A stretch of DNA of 64,000 nucleotides, from contig JBFIML010000010.1 in NCBI GenBank assembly GCA_041611735.1, positions 13,027 through 77,026 on the forward strand, in the 5' to 3' direction. How positions within the stretch are numbered: position 1 is the first letter of the stretch; every line of letters starts with the position of its first letter. Below are positions 26,091 through 34,427 of the stretch, piece by piece. This stretch comes from Myxococcota bacterium (lineage in GTDB: Bacteria > Myxococcota_A > UBA9160 > PR03). Under the pieces are notes generated by a model. It did not search any database, was not told the origin of the DNA, and saw only the letters and a list, made by a program, of their open reading frames with translations. A program made the translations under genes and the position numbers.

Positions 26091-26837
26091 GTGAGCAACC
26101 AACGCGAGTCGCGGACCGCGGCACGCCTGCGGGCCGACGGCCCGCGCGAGCGCCTCGCCCGCCTCGGTCCGGAGGCGCTCTCCGACGCGGAGCTCGTGGC
26201 CCTGCTGTTGCGCACGGGAGGGGCCGGCCAGGACGTGCTGGAGGCTGCGGACGGCCTGCTCCGCCGCTGCGGGGGACTGCACGGCCTGGCCGCCGCCGGG
26301 CTGCGCGAGCTCGCGCACGGCCCGGACGTCGGGCCCGCCAAGGCCGCCTCGGTCGGGGCGGCCCTCGAGCTCGGCCGGCGTCTGGCAGCCCGCCGCTTGC
26401 AAGCCGGGGATCCCGTGCGAGGCCCCGCGGACGTCTTCCAGCATCTGCACGCGCGCCTGCGCCACGCGCCGAGCGAACGCTTCCTCGCCCTCCTGCTGGA
26501 CGGGCGCCACCGGCTGCTGCGGGAGGCTCCCATCTCCCAGGGGACCCTCACGGCCAGCCTCGTCCACCCCCGGGAGGTCTTCCGACCCGCCCTGCGCGAG
26601 GGTGCCGCCGCCCTGGTCCTCGTCCACAACCACCCGAGCGGCGATCCCCGTCCGAGCCCCGAGGACCGGGAGGTCACCCGACGCCTGGTCCGGGCCGGGC
26701 GGCTGCTCGGTGTGCCCGTCCTGGATCACGTGGTGATCGCCGAACGGGGCTTTGCCAGCTTGCGTGAGGAGGGGGAGGTTTCCGACCCCGCGCCGCCTCC
26801 GGCAGGCCGTCAAGTCCCGCCCGCGTCCCGACGATGA
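26091..26837 (+). CDS. radC: RadC-family JAB/MPN domain protein
   Basis: N-terminal HhH LSDAELVALLLRTG. JAMM motif LVHNHPSGDPRPSPED. Confidence 0.9.
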   Translation: MSNQRESRTAARLRADGPRERLARLGPEALSDAELVALLLRTGGAGQDVLEAADGLLRRCGGLHGLAAAGLRELAHGPDVGPAKAASVGAALELGRRLAARRLQAGDPVRGPADVFQHLHARLRHAPSERFLALLLDGRHRLLREAPISQGTLTASLVHPREVFRPALREGAAALVLVHNHPSGDPRPSPEDREVTRRLVRAGRLLGVPVLDHVVIAERGFASLREEGEVSDPAPPPAGRQVPPASRR

Positions 26838-26895
26838 GAGCGTCGTGGGCCGGGAGACGGGGTTCCGGCCCGGAGCCGTCGTCGGGGAGGGCCCC

Positions 26896-27297
26896 ATGGC
26901 CCGATCGGGTCGTCGAGCCGAAGCGAGCGCGCGCTTGGGGGCGAGGTCGGAGCGGCGTCAGTCGCCCCGCGCCCCGCTGGTGGTGCGCGTGGCCTATGCG
27001 ACCGTGGACGCCTTCTTCACCGAGTTCGCCCAGAACGTGAACGAGGGCGGCCTGTTCATCGAGACCGAGACACCGCCGCCCCTGGATACGCGCGTGACCC
27101 TGCACTTCCAGCTGCCCGGCAGCGAAGAGCCGCTCTTCGCCGAGGGGCGCGTGGCCTGGTGCCGGGCGCCCGGGGGCGACGAGCCTCCGGGCATCGGCGT
27201 CGAGTTCGAAGGCCTGAGCCTCGCGGCCCGCGCTCGCATCAACGAACTCGTGCGGCGCCTGCGCACGCCCCAGGCGGACGTGGCGCGCAGCGCCTAG
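26896..27297 (+). CDS. PilZ domain protein
   Basis: SD GGGGAGG lies 5 nt before the ATG. RRQSPRAPLVVRVAY...FTEFAQNVNEGGLFIET...GIGVEF resembles the PilZ-type domain that is abundant in myxobacteria-like genomes. Confidence 0.75.
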   Translation: MARSGRRAEASARLGARSERRQSPRAPLVVRVAYATVDAFFTEFAQNVNEGGLFIETETPPPLDTRVTLHFQLPGSEEPLFAEGRVAWCRAPGGDEPPGIGVEFEGLSLAARARINELVRRLRTPQADVARSA

Positions 27298-27310
27298 GCC
27301 CGGCTCGGGC

Positions 27311-27736
27311 TCAGAACGGGATGTCGTCCTCGGGCGGCGGCGTCGGCTCGTCGGACGCGCTGGCCTCGGGCCCCCGCGCCGGTCGCTCCGCGCCGCCTCC
27401 ACCGCGCGGTCCACCCAGGAACTGGACGGTCTGGGCCGTGATCTCGGTGGTGCGCCGCTTCTGCCCCTCGCGGTCCTCCCACTCCCGCGTCTGCAGGCGC
27501 CCCTCCACGTAGACGGTGCGACCCTTCGAGAGGTACTGGGCGCACAGCTCCGCCGTCTTCCCCCAGGCGACGATCCGGTGCCACTCGGTGCGTTCCTCGC
27601 GCTCGCCGTTGCGGTTCGTCCAGTTCTCGGTGGTCGCAAGGGTGAAGTTGACGACGGCCTGTCCGCTCTGCGTGTAGCGCAGCTCCGGGTCGCGGCCGAG
27701 GTTGCCGATCAGGATGACTCTGTTCACGCCTGCCAT
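27311..27736 (-). CDS. ssb: single-stranded DNA-binding protein
   Basis: [22 protein letters not shown]...[10 protein letters not shown]. Gly-rich linker and acidic tail ending DDIPF. Confidence 0.95.
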   Translation of the reverse strand: MAGVNRVILIGNLGRDPELRYTQSGQAVVNFTLATTENWTNRNGEREERTEWHRIVAWGKTAELCAQYLSKGRTVYVEGRLQTREWEDREGQKRRTTEITAQTVQFLGGPRGGGGAERPARGPEASASDEPTPPPEDDIPF

Positions 27737-27821
27737 GGGTTCTCCGTCGGAGGAAGCGGGGTGGATGGGGGCATCATTCCCCTGCGCGAGGCCCGCGTCA
27801 AGCGTCCCGTGGGCCCTTGCG

Positions 27822-27851
27822 TTGACAGGCGTTCACGGGCGCCCCTACGCT
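27822..27851 (+). promoter_or_regulatory. sigma70-type promoter candidate for plsC (TTGACA-N18-TACGCT)
   Basis: -35 at 27822-27827 and -10 at 27846-27851, about 40 nt upstream of the GTG at 27890. Confidence 0.35.
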
Positions 27852-27889
27852 CTACCGGGCCAGCGGGGGAGCCTCCGGGAGGGGCCGCC

Positions 27890-28648
27890 GTGATCTACGC
27901 CCTGCGCGCGGTGCTCTGCGTGCTCTACACGGTCTTCTGGGCCTCCGTGGCGCTCGGGGCCATGGTCGTCGACCGCAGTGGCGAGACGGTGATCTGGATC
28001 GGCCGCCGGTGGGTGCGCTGGATCCTCGCCACCTGCCGCGTCCGGATCGAGGTCGAAGGGCTCGAGAACGTCCCGGAGCGGGCGCCCGTCGTCTTCATGT
28101 CCAACCACCAGAGCCTCTTCGACATCGCCGCCCTGGTGCACACGATCCCGGTCTCCTTCCGCTTCGTGGCCAAGCGGGAGCTCGTGCGCATTCCCATCTT
28201 CGGCTGGGCCCTGGCGGTCTCCGGCCACGTGATCGTCGACCGCCACAACCGCGAGAAGGCCGTGCGCAGCCTGCACCGGGCGGCGGAGCGTGTTCGCGGC
28301 GGCACGAACGTGATCATCTTCCCCGAGGGAACTCGTAGCGCCTCCGGTGAGCTCCAGCCGTTCAAGAGCGGAGGCTTCCACCTGGCCCTCGAGGCTCAGG
28401 TTCCGATCCTCCCGGTGACGGTCTCCGGCAGCCAGCGCATCACGCCGAAGCGCTCGCTGCGCATCGAGAGCGGCACGATCAAGATCGTGTACGGGAAGCC
28501 CATTCCCACCCGGGGCCTGGGGGTCGACGACCGCAACGAGCTCAAGGAGCGCGTGCGGGAGGCGATCCTGGCGGGCTACGACTGGGGCTTCCAGCCACGC
28601 TTCGCGCCGCACCGCCAGGCCGCGGCGGCCGTCCACTCCTCCGCTTGA
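27890..28648 (+). CDS. plsC: 1-acyl-sn-glycerol-3-phosphate acyltransferase
   Basis: GTG follows GGGAGGGG. Acyltransferase motifs NHQSLFD (H-x4-D) and FPEGTRS. Confidence 0.9.
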   Translation: MIYALRAVLCVLYTVFWASVALGAMVVDRSGETVIWIGRRWVRWILATCRVRIEVEGLENVPERAPVVFMSNHQSLFDIAALVHTIPVSFRFVAKRELVRIPIFGWALAVSGHVIVDRHNREKAVRSLHRAAERVRGGTNVIIFPEGTRSASGELQPFKSGGFHLALEAQVPILPVTVSGSQRITPKRSLRIESGTIKIVYGKPIPTRGLGVDDRNELKERVREAILAGYDWGFQPRFAPHRQAAAAVHSSA

Positions 28649-28769
28649 CGCCAGGGGGCTCCCCTGTACCCTCGGCGTGCTCGTCCCGTGGGGGTGGGGG
28701 ACGTGAAATTCCTTGGCCAGGCATTCCTTTGCGAGGCAGGGCCGTCGAGGGCGTCCGAGAGCGTCCGGC

Positions 28770-31187
28770 ATGGCTAGCCGCGCCGCACGCCGCGGCCGGG
28801 GGGCGGCGGCGTCGGAACGACGCTCCGCCCTGCTCCGTTGGCTCCGCGAGGCCGTCGGCCTCGCCCTGATCGCCCTGGCGCTGCTCGCCGGCCTGGCCCT
28901 CTGGAGCTACGCGCCGGGCGATGCGCTCTTCGAGCTCGTGCCGGTCCGCAACCGGGCCGGCGCCGTGGGGGCCACCCTGGCCGGGGTCCTGCGCCAGGGC
29001 CTGGGTGTCGTCTCGCTGGTGCTGGCGGGCGTGGCCGCCGTGCTCGGGGGTCGTGTCCTGCTGTCGCGGTGCGCACCGAGCCCGCGTTTCTGGCTGGGCG
29101 GTGCACTCCTGGTGGCCTGCGCGGCGACGCTCCTGGCTGTGGGTCACGTCCTGGCCCCGGCCCGCTTCGAGTCCGATCTCGGCGGGGCGCTCGGGGTCCG
29201 GCTGGCGGCCTGGCAGCGCCCCTGGCTGAGCAGCTGGGGCACGCTCGTCGTCAACGGCCTGGGTGCGGGCGTGGGGCTGCTCGCCGTGCTCGGCGTCTCG
29301 AGCCCGACTGCCTTGCGCGCCGCGGCGGCGGGAGCGGCCGGGCTCGCGGTCCTGGCCCGGCGCGCCCTCGCCGTCGGCTTCGTGGTCCTGGCGGCCGCGG
29401 CCCTGGCGGCGACCGGCCTGGCCCGGGCCCTGGGCCGGCTCGCCGCCGCCGGCGCCAGCGCCCTCGGCGAACGCTGGCGCGCCTTCGGAGTCTGGCGCGA
29501 GCGGCGGGCGCGGCGCGCGCGCGTGGCGGCGATCCGCGTCCCCGACGAGGCGCTGGAGCAGCCGGTGGAGGCGGTCCTGGAGCCGGCCCGCCCGCGCCCG
29601 CGCCGCCGCGACCGCGACGACCCTGCCATCGTGGACCACGCCGCCGAGCGCGAGCCGGGCCGCCCGGCCCGCCAGGAGGCCTTCGCCTTTCCGGACGGCC
29701 GGGCGCGGGGCCCCTACCGCCTGCCCGACGTCGCCATCTTCCAACGCTCGCCGGGCGGCGAGCGCCGCTACGACCGCGACAGCCTGATCATGAACTCGCG
29801 GATCCTGGAGAAGAAGCTCCAGGACTTCGGCGTGCACGGCCGTGTGGTCACCGTCCACCCGGGACCGGTCATCACCATGTACGAGTTCGAGCCGGCCTCC
29901 GGGGTCAAGGTGAACCGCATCGTGAACCTGGCGGACGACCTGGCGCTGGCGCTGCGGGCGCTCTCGGTGCGCATCATCGCGCCGCTGCCGGGCAAGTCGG
30001 TGGTGGGAATCGAGGTCCCCAATGCGGAGCGCGAGGTGGTGGTGCTGCGCGACCTGCTGGAAGCGGAGTCGTTCCGGTCGAGCCGTTCCAAGCTCACCCT
30101 CGCGCTCGGCAAGGACATCTTCGGCAACCCGGTGGAGGCGGACCTGGCCCGCATGCCGCACCTGCTGGTGGCCGGGGCCACCGGGACCGGCAAGAGCGTG
30201 TTCCTGAACGCACTGCTCTGCTCGATCCTCGCCCGGGTCACGCCCGACCAGCTCAAGCTCCTCCTGATCGACCCCAAGCTCCTCGAGCTCTCGATCTACG
30301 AAGGGATCCCGCACCTGATCGCCGACGTGGTGACGAACCCGAAGCGGGCGGCGGCGGCGCTTGCGGGCATCGTCCACAAGATGGAGGAGCGCTACCAGAT
30401 GATGGCGGCGCTCGGAGTCCGCAACATCGAGCAGTTCAACGCGCGCGTGGACGAGCAGCTCGCCGACGGTCGAACGACGTTCCGCCTGCGACCCCGGCCC
30501 GGCGAGACCGAGGCGCGCGAGGCGCCGCTCACGCCCCTTGCCTACATCGTGGTGATCATCGACGAGCTGGCGGACCTCATGGTGGTCTCCGCCCGCGACG
30601 TGGAGGAGGCGCTCCAGCGTCTCGCGCAGATGGCCCGCGCGGCGGGCATCCACCTGGTGCTGGCCACCCAGCGGCCGAGCGTGGACGTGCTGACCGGCGT
30701 GATCAAGGCGAACTTCCCGGCACGGATTTCCTTCCAGGTCTCGTCGCGCACCGACTCGCGCACGATCCTCGACCAGAATGGCGCCGAGCACCTGCTCGGC
30801 CAGGGGGACATGCTGTTCCTCCCGCCCGGGACCTCGAAGCTCCAGCGCATCCACGGGGCCTTCGTGTCCGAGAAGGAGGTGACCGAGCTCGTGGCCTTCC
30901 TGCGCGACCAGGGAGCGCCGCAGTTCGACGACACGCTCGTGCGCATGAAGGAGGAGAGCGAGGCGCGCGAGGCGCGGGGCGAGGACGTGGACGACCTCTA
31001 CGATCGGGCCGTGGCGCTGGTGGCGGAGAGCCGCAACGCCTCGATCTCCCACGTCCAGCGCCGACTCAAGGTGGGCTACAACCGGGCTGCCCGGATGATC
31101 GAGCAGATGGAGGCGGACGGCATCGTGGGTCCCCAGGAGGGGACCCGCCCGCGGGACGTGTTCATCCGCCCCCTCGACGTCGAATGA
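28770..31187 (+). CDS. ftsK: DNA translocase FtsK
   Basis: N-terminal TM helices and an Ala/Arg-rich linker. Motor domain with Walker A GATGTGKS. C-terminal winged-helix ISHVQRRLKVGYNRAARMIEQME. ATG at 28770 is preferred over the track TTG at 28713. Confidence 0.93.
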   Translation: MASRAARRGRGAAASERRSALLRWLREAVGLALIALALLAGLALWSYAPGDALFELVPVRNRAGAVGATLAGVLRQGLGVVSLVLAGVAAVLGGRVLLSRCAPSPRFWLGGALLVACAATLLAVGHVLAPARFESDLGGALGVRLAAWQRPWLSSWGTLVVNGLGAGVGLLAVLGVSSPTALRAAAAGAAGLAVLARRALAVGFVVLAAAALAATGLARALGRLAAAGASALGERWRAFGVWRERRARRARVAAIRVPDEALEQPVEAVLEPARPRPRRRDRDDPAIVDHAAEREPGRPARQEAFAFPDGRARGPYRLPDVAIFQRSPGGERRYDRDSLIMNSRILEKKLQDFGVHGRVVTVHPGPVITMYEFEPASGVKVNRIVNLADDLALALRALSVRIIAPLPGKSVVGIEVPNAEREVVVLRDLLEAESFRSSRSKLTLALGKDIFGNPVEADLARMPHLLVAGATGTGKSVFLNALLCSILARVTPDQLKLLLIDPKLLELSIYEGIPHLIADVVTNPKRAAAALAGIVHKMEERYQMMAALGVRNIEQFNARVDEQLADGRTTFRLRPRPGETEAREAPLTPLAYIVVIIDELADLMVVSARDVEEALQRLAQMARAAGIHLVLATQRPSVDVLTGVIKANFPARISFQVSSRTDSRTILDQNGAEHLLGQGDMLFLPPGTSKLQRIHGAFVSEKEVTELVAFLRDQGAPQFDDTLVRMKEESEAREARGEDVDDLYDRAVALVAESRNASISHVQRRLKVGYNRAARMIEQMEADGIVGPQEGTRPRDVFIRPLDVE

Positions 31188-31912
31188 TCCCGTCCCGGGC
31201 GCGTCGAAGGGCCGTGCGCTCGATCCTGCCCCCGTGCCTGGCGATCGCCCTGCTCCTCGTGGCCGCCCCGACGCCGGCCAACGACTCCGACTCGTCGCCG
31301 TCCGGCTCCGGCTGCGCGGAAGCCGCCGCACGCCGGGTCCAGAGCCGTTACGAGGAGATCCGCGACCTCTCCGCCCGCTTCGAGCAGCGCACCCGCCCGG
31401 CTGCCTTCGGAGGCCAGGGCGCGCCCTTCGTGGCCCGGGGGCGCGTCACCCTCGCCAAGCCGGGCCGCATGCGGTGGGCCTACGAGGCGCCGGAGCCGAG
31501 CCTGGTGGTGAGCGACGGCAAGACGGTCTGGGTGTACGACCCCGCCGCCCGCGAGGCCCAGCACCTGCCCCTGGGCGAGCGTTTCCTCTCGGGCGCCGCG
31601 ATCCAATTCCTGATCGGCCGCGGCAACCTGCTCGAGGAGTTCTCGGTGAGTTCGCCGGCCTGCGGCGAGTCCCCGCTGCGCCTCGTGCTGGTGCCGAAGC
31701 GGGATGCGCCCTACGAGCGGCTCGAGGTGCGCGTGGAGCCCCGCACCGGCGTGGTGGTCGAGACCGCCGTGGCGGACCTGCTCGGCAACGTGACCCACGT
31801 GGTCTTCGAGGACATGCGCACGAACCAGGACCCCGAGCCGGCCCTGTTCCGCTTCGAGCCGGAGCCGGGCGTCAAGGTGATCGAGCTGCCGCCGGCACCC
31901 GCCAGGCCCTAG
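31184..31912 (+). CDS. lolA: outer-membrane lipoprotein carrier protein LolA
   Basis: The ATG overlaps the ftsK stop (ATGA). Signal peptide plus LolA-like FEQ...RGRVTLAKPGRMRWAYEAPEPSLVVSDGKTVWVYDP. ftsK-lolA synteny is common in diderm bacteria. Confidence 0.85.
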   Translation: MIPSRARRRAVRSILPPCLAIALLLVAAPTPANDSDSSPSGSGCAEAAARRVQSRYEEIRDLSARFEQRTRPAAFGGQGAPFVARGRVTLAKPGRMRWAYEAPEPSLVVSDGKTVWVYDPAAREAQHLPLGERFLSGAAIQFLIGRGNLLEEFSVSSPACGESPLRLVLVPKRDAPYERLEVRVEPRTGVVVETAVADLLGNVTHVVFEDMRTNQDPEPALFRFEPEPGVKVIELPPAPARP

Positions 31913-32224
31913 GACCCCCCGAACGGAACCATGCAGCCGCGGGCCCTCCCGGGCCGGCGCGTCTCCGCATTCGGGAAGTCGACTTCCCTCCCGGGGCGGT
32001 CTCGCAAGGTTCCGCGCACGCCTCCCGCCTGCCGGTGGATCCCCGACGCTTTCGTCAAGAGGCTGGCTCCTGGCCCCCAGGCGTTGCCTCACGAGGCGGC
32101 AGCCAGGCGGCCCAGATGCGCGTCCCGGCGAAGCCAGCCGGCAGGCGCGCTGGCGGGGGGAGGGCGCCGCACCCCGCCGCCCCGCTCGCCGGGCGCCTCC
32201 GGGCGGCTGGGCCGGCCGTCTCGC

Positions 32225-32252
32225 TTGACAGCAAGACGCGTTCTGATAGACT
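32225..32252 (+). promoter_or_regulatory. near-consensus sigma70 promoter with extended -10 (TTGACA-N16-TAGACT, TGa upstream)
   Basis: -35 TTGACA at 32225-32230, TG at 32244-32245, -10 TAGACT at 32247-32252. About 320 nt upstream of the mpa start. Confidence 0.5.
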
Positions 32253-32573
32253 CCACGAGGCTAAAAACGATTGCAATATCGAGGGTTTCGGCGGTTTCTT
32301 CGGCGCGGGTGAGAGCGGCCGGTGGGCCTCGGGAGGCGACCGGCCGGCGGCAGCTTCGGTCTTCGAAGCTCCGGTGGGGACGGTGATGCGGTCCGGCTCG
32401 GGCGTTCCCAACACTCGCGCGCAACGCGCGCGCAACTGCGGCGCGCAGCGGCTCGCCACCGGTTCGCTATCCGGCGATGATGCCTTTCCGGTGCACGGCA
32501 CGTGGATTGCATCGATTCGTCCCCGAGTGGCGCCACGAGCGGGCGTGGCGCCGGAGCACGGGGAGAGGGCGCG

Positions 32574-34397
32574 ATGAGCGAATTCGATTCGGGCTCGGGC
32601 AGGAAGGGCTTCGTTCGGGACGTGATGCGGCGCATCTCGGCCTCGGGGCCCCGCTCAGGCGGAGAGCCGGACCCCGGGCGTGGCCCGGAGGAGACCCTGG
32701 AGGATCTCCTGGACGCGCTGCGGCTGTTCGGCGGGGATTCCAGCGAGTTCCGTCGTCGCTTGGACCGCGTGCTCGGCGAGTACGAGTCGCTGCGCCGCCG
32801 CTACCAGCTCTCCCGCGATCAGCTCGTCGATGCGGAGCGGCAGAACGAGCGGCTGGTCCACACCCTCCAGGAGGCCAAGCAGCAGATCGAGCTCCTGAAG
32901 GAGGAGGTGGAGAAGCTCTGCGCGCCTCCCAACAGCTACGGCGTCTTCACGCGCGCCAACAAGGACGGCACCGTGGAGATCGTCGTGGACGGCAAGCCCA
33001 TGCGGGTGAGCGCCCATCCGAAGGTCGATCCCTTCCAGATCGAGGAAGGTCAGCTCGTCGTGCTGAACGAGGCGTTCAACGTGATCGAGCCGGCCGGCAT
33101 CGTGACCCGGGGAGAGATCGCGTCGGTGGTCGACCTCCTCGGCGACGGGCGGGCCATCGTGCTCGGCCACGCCGACGAGGAGCGCGTCGTCACCCTGGCG
33201 TCCATCCTGCGCCAGGAGAAGCTCAAGGTCGGTGACCACATCATGATCGATCCGCGCACCCAGTACGCCTTCGAGAGGATGCCCAAGTCGGCGGTCGAGG
33301 AGGTCGTGCTCGAGGAGATCCCGGAGATCACCTACGATCGCATCGGCGGCCTGGACGAGCAGATCGAGATCCTTCGCGACGCGATCGAGCTGCCCTACCT
33401 GTATCCCGAGGCGTTCGCGGAGCACCGTCTCTCGCCGCCCAAGGGCATCCTGCTGTACGGCCCCCCGGGCTGCGGCAAGACGCTCATCGCCAAGGCGGTG
33501 GCGAACAGCCTGGCGCGGAGCATCGAGCAGCGCACGGGTCGGCGCACCGCTGCGTACTTCCTCAACGTGAAGGGGCCGGAGCTGCTCAACAAGTACGTGG
33601 GCGAGACCGAGCACAAGATCCGCGAGGTGTTCAAGAAGGCGCGCGAGAAGGCCAGCGAGGACGTGCCCGTCGTCATCTTCTTCGACGAAATGGATTCGCT
33701 CTTCCGCATGCGCGGATCGGGCATCTCCTCGGACATGGAGGCCACGGTGGTGGCTCAGTTCCTGTCGGAGATCGACGGGGTGGAGTCGCTGAACAACGTG
33801 ATCGTGATCGGCGCCAGCAACCGGCAGGACCTGATCGACCCGGCGGTACTGCGCCCCGGACGCCTCGATCTCAAGGTCAAGGTGCACCGGCCCGACTCCC
33901 CGGCGGCGCGCGCCATCTTCGGGAAGTACCTGCTCACCGATCTTCCCTTCCACCCGAACGCGCAGGAGCGCTACGGGAGCGATCCGCAGAAGATGGTGGA
34001 CGGGATGATCGACGACACGATCGAGCACATGTACTCGACGTCGGAAGACAACAAGTTCCTGGAGGTGACGTACGCCAAGGGCGAGCGCGAGATCTTCTAC
34101 TTCAAGGACTTCGCGAGCGGCGCGATGATCGAGAACATCGTGGCGCGCGCCAAGAAGAAGGCCGTGAAGCGCCTGATCGACCACGGGGAACGCGGCGTCA
34201 AGCTCTCCGATCTCCTCGAGGCCGTGCGCGAGGAGTTCAAGGAGAACGAGGACCTTCCGAACACCACGAATCCGGACGACTGGGCGCGCATCTCCGGCCG
34301 CAAGGGCGAGCGGATCATCAACGTCCGGACGTTGATGACGGGGATCAATCGGAACGAGCGCTCGATCGAGAACATCAGCTCGGGTCAGTACCTGTAG
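32574..34397 (+). CDS. mpa: proteasome-associated AAA+ ATPase Mpa/ARC
   Basis: ATG at 32574 sits 4 nt after GGGGAGAGGG. N-terminal coiled coil, OB domains, Walker A GPPGCGKT, Walker B VIFFDEMD. The C-terminus ...ISSGQYL carries the GQYL docking motif. Confidence 0.95.
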   Translation: MSEFDSGSGRKGFVRDVMRRISASGPRSGGEPDPGRGPEETLEDLLDALRLFGGDSSEFRRRLDRVLGEYESLRRRYQLSRDQLVDAERQNERLVHTLQEAKQQIELLKEEVEKLCAPPNSYGVFTRANKDGTVEIVVDGKPMRVSAHPKVDPFQIEEGQLVVLNEAFNVIEPAGIVTRGEIASVVDLLGDGRAIVLGHADEERVVTLASILRQEKLKVGDHIMIDPRTQYAFERMPKSAVEEVVLEEIPEITYDRIGGLDEQIEILRDAIELPYLYPEAFAEHRLSPPKGILLYGPPGCGKTLIAKAVANSLARSIEQRTGRRTAAYFLNVKGPELLNKYVGETEHKIREVFKKAREKASEDVPVVIFFDEMDSLFRMRGSGISSDMEATVVAQFLSEIDGVESLNNVIVIGASNRQDLIDPAVLRPGRLDLKVKVHRPDSPAARAIFGKYLLTDLPFHPNAQERYGSDPQKMVDGMIDDTIEHMYSTSEDNKFLEVTYAKGEREIFYFKDFASGAMIENIVARAKKKAVKRLIDHGERGVKLSDLLEAVREEFKENEDLPNTTNPDDWARISGRKGERIINVRTLMTGINRNERSIENISSGQYL

Positions 34398-34427
34398 CGG
34401 TTCTTCCCGGCTAACCGCGGAGAAGCG

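Noticed and set aside
28061-28074. Additional copies of the repeat-family arm inside genes: CTCGAGAACGTCCC in plsC, and GTCGAGAACGTC at 49955-49966 in pilT.
   Set aside because: These are in-frame codons for Leu/Val-Glu-Asn-Val, lack an inverted partner nearby, and are explained by codon usage. I do not count them as family members.
31931-32386. A 151-aa ORF (and overlapping ORFs on both strands) filling the lolA-mpa gap.
   Set aside because: The translation is extremely Arg/Pro/Ser-rich, has no SD, and runs straight through the promoter-like and hairpin elements. I treat the region as non-coding.
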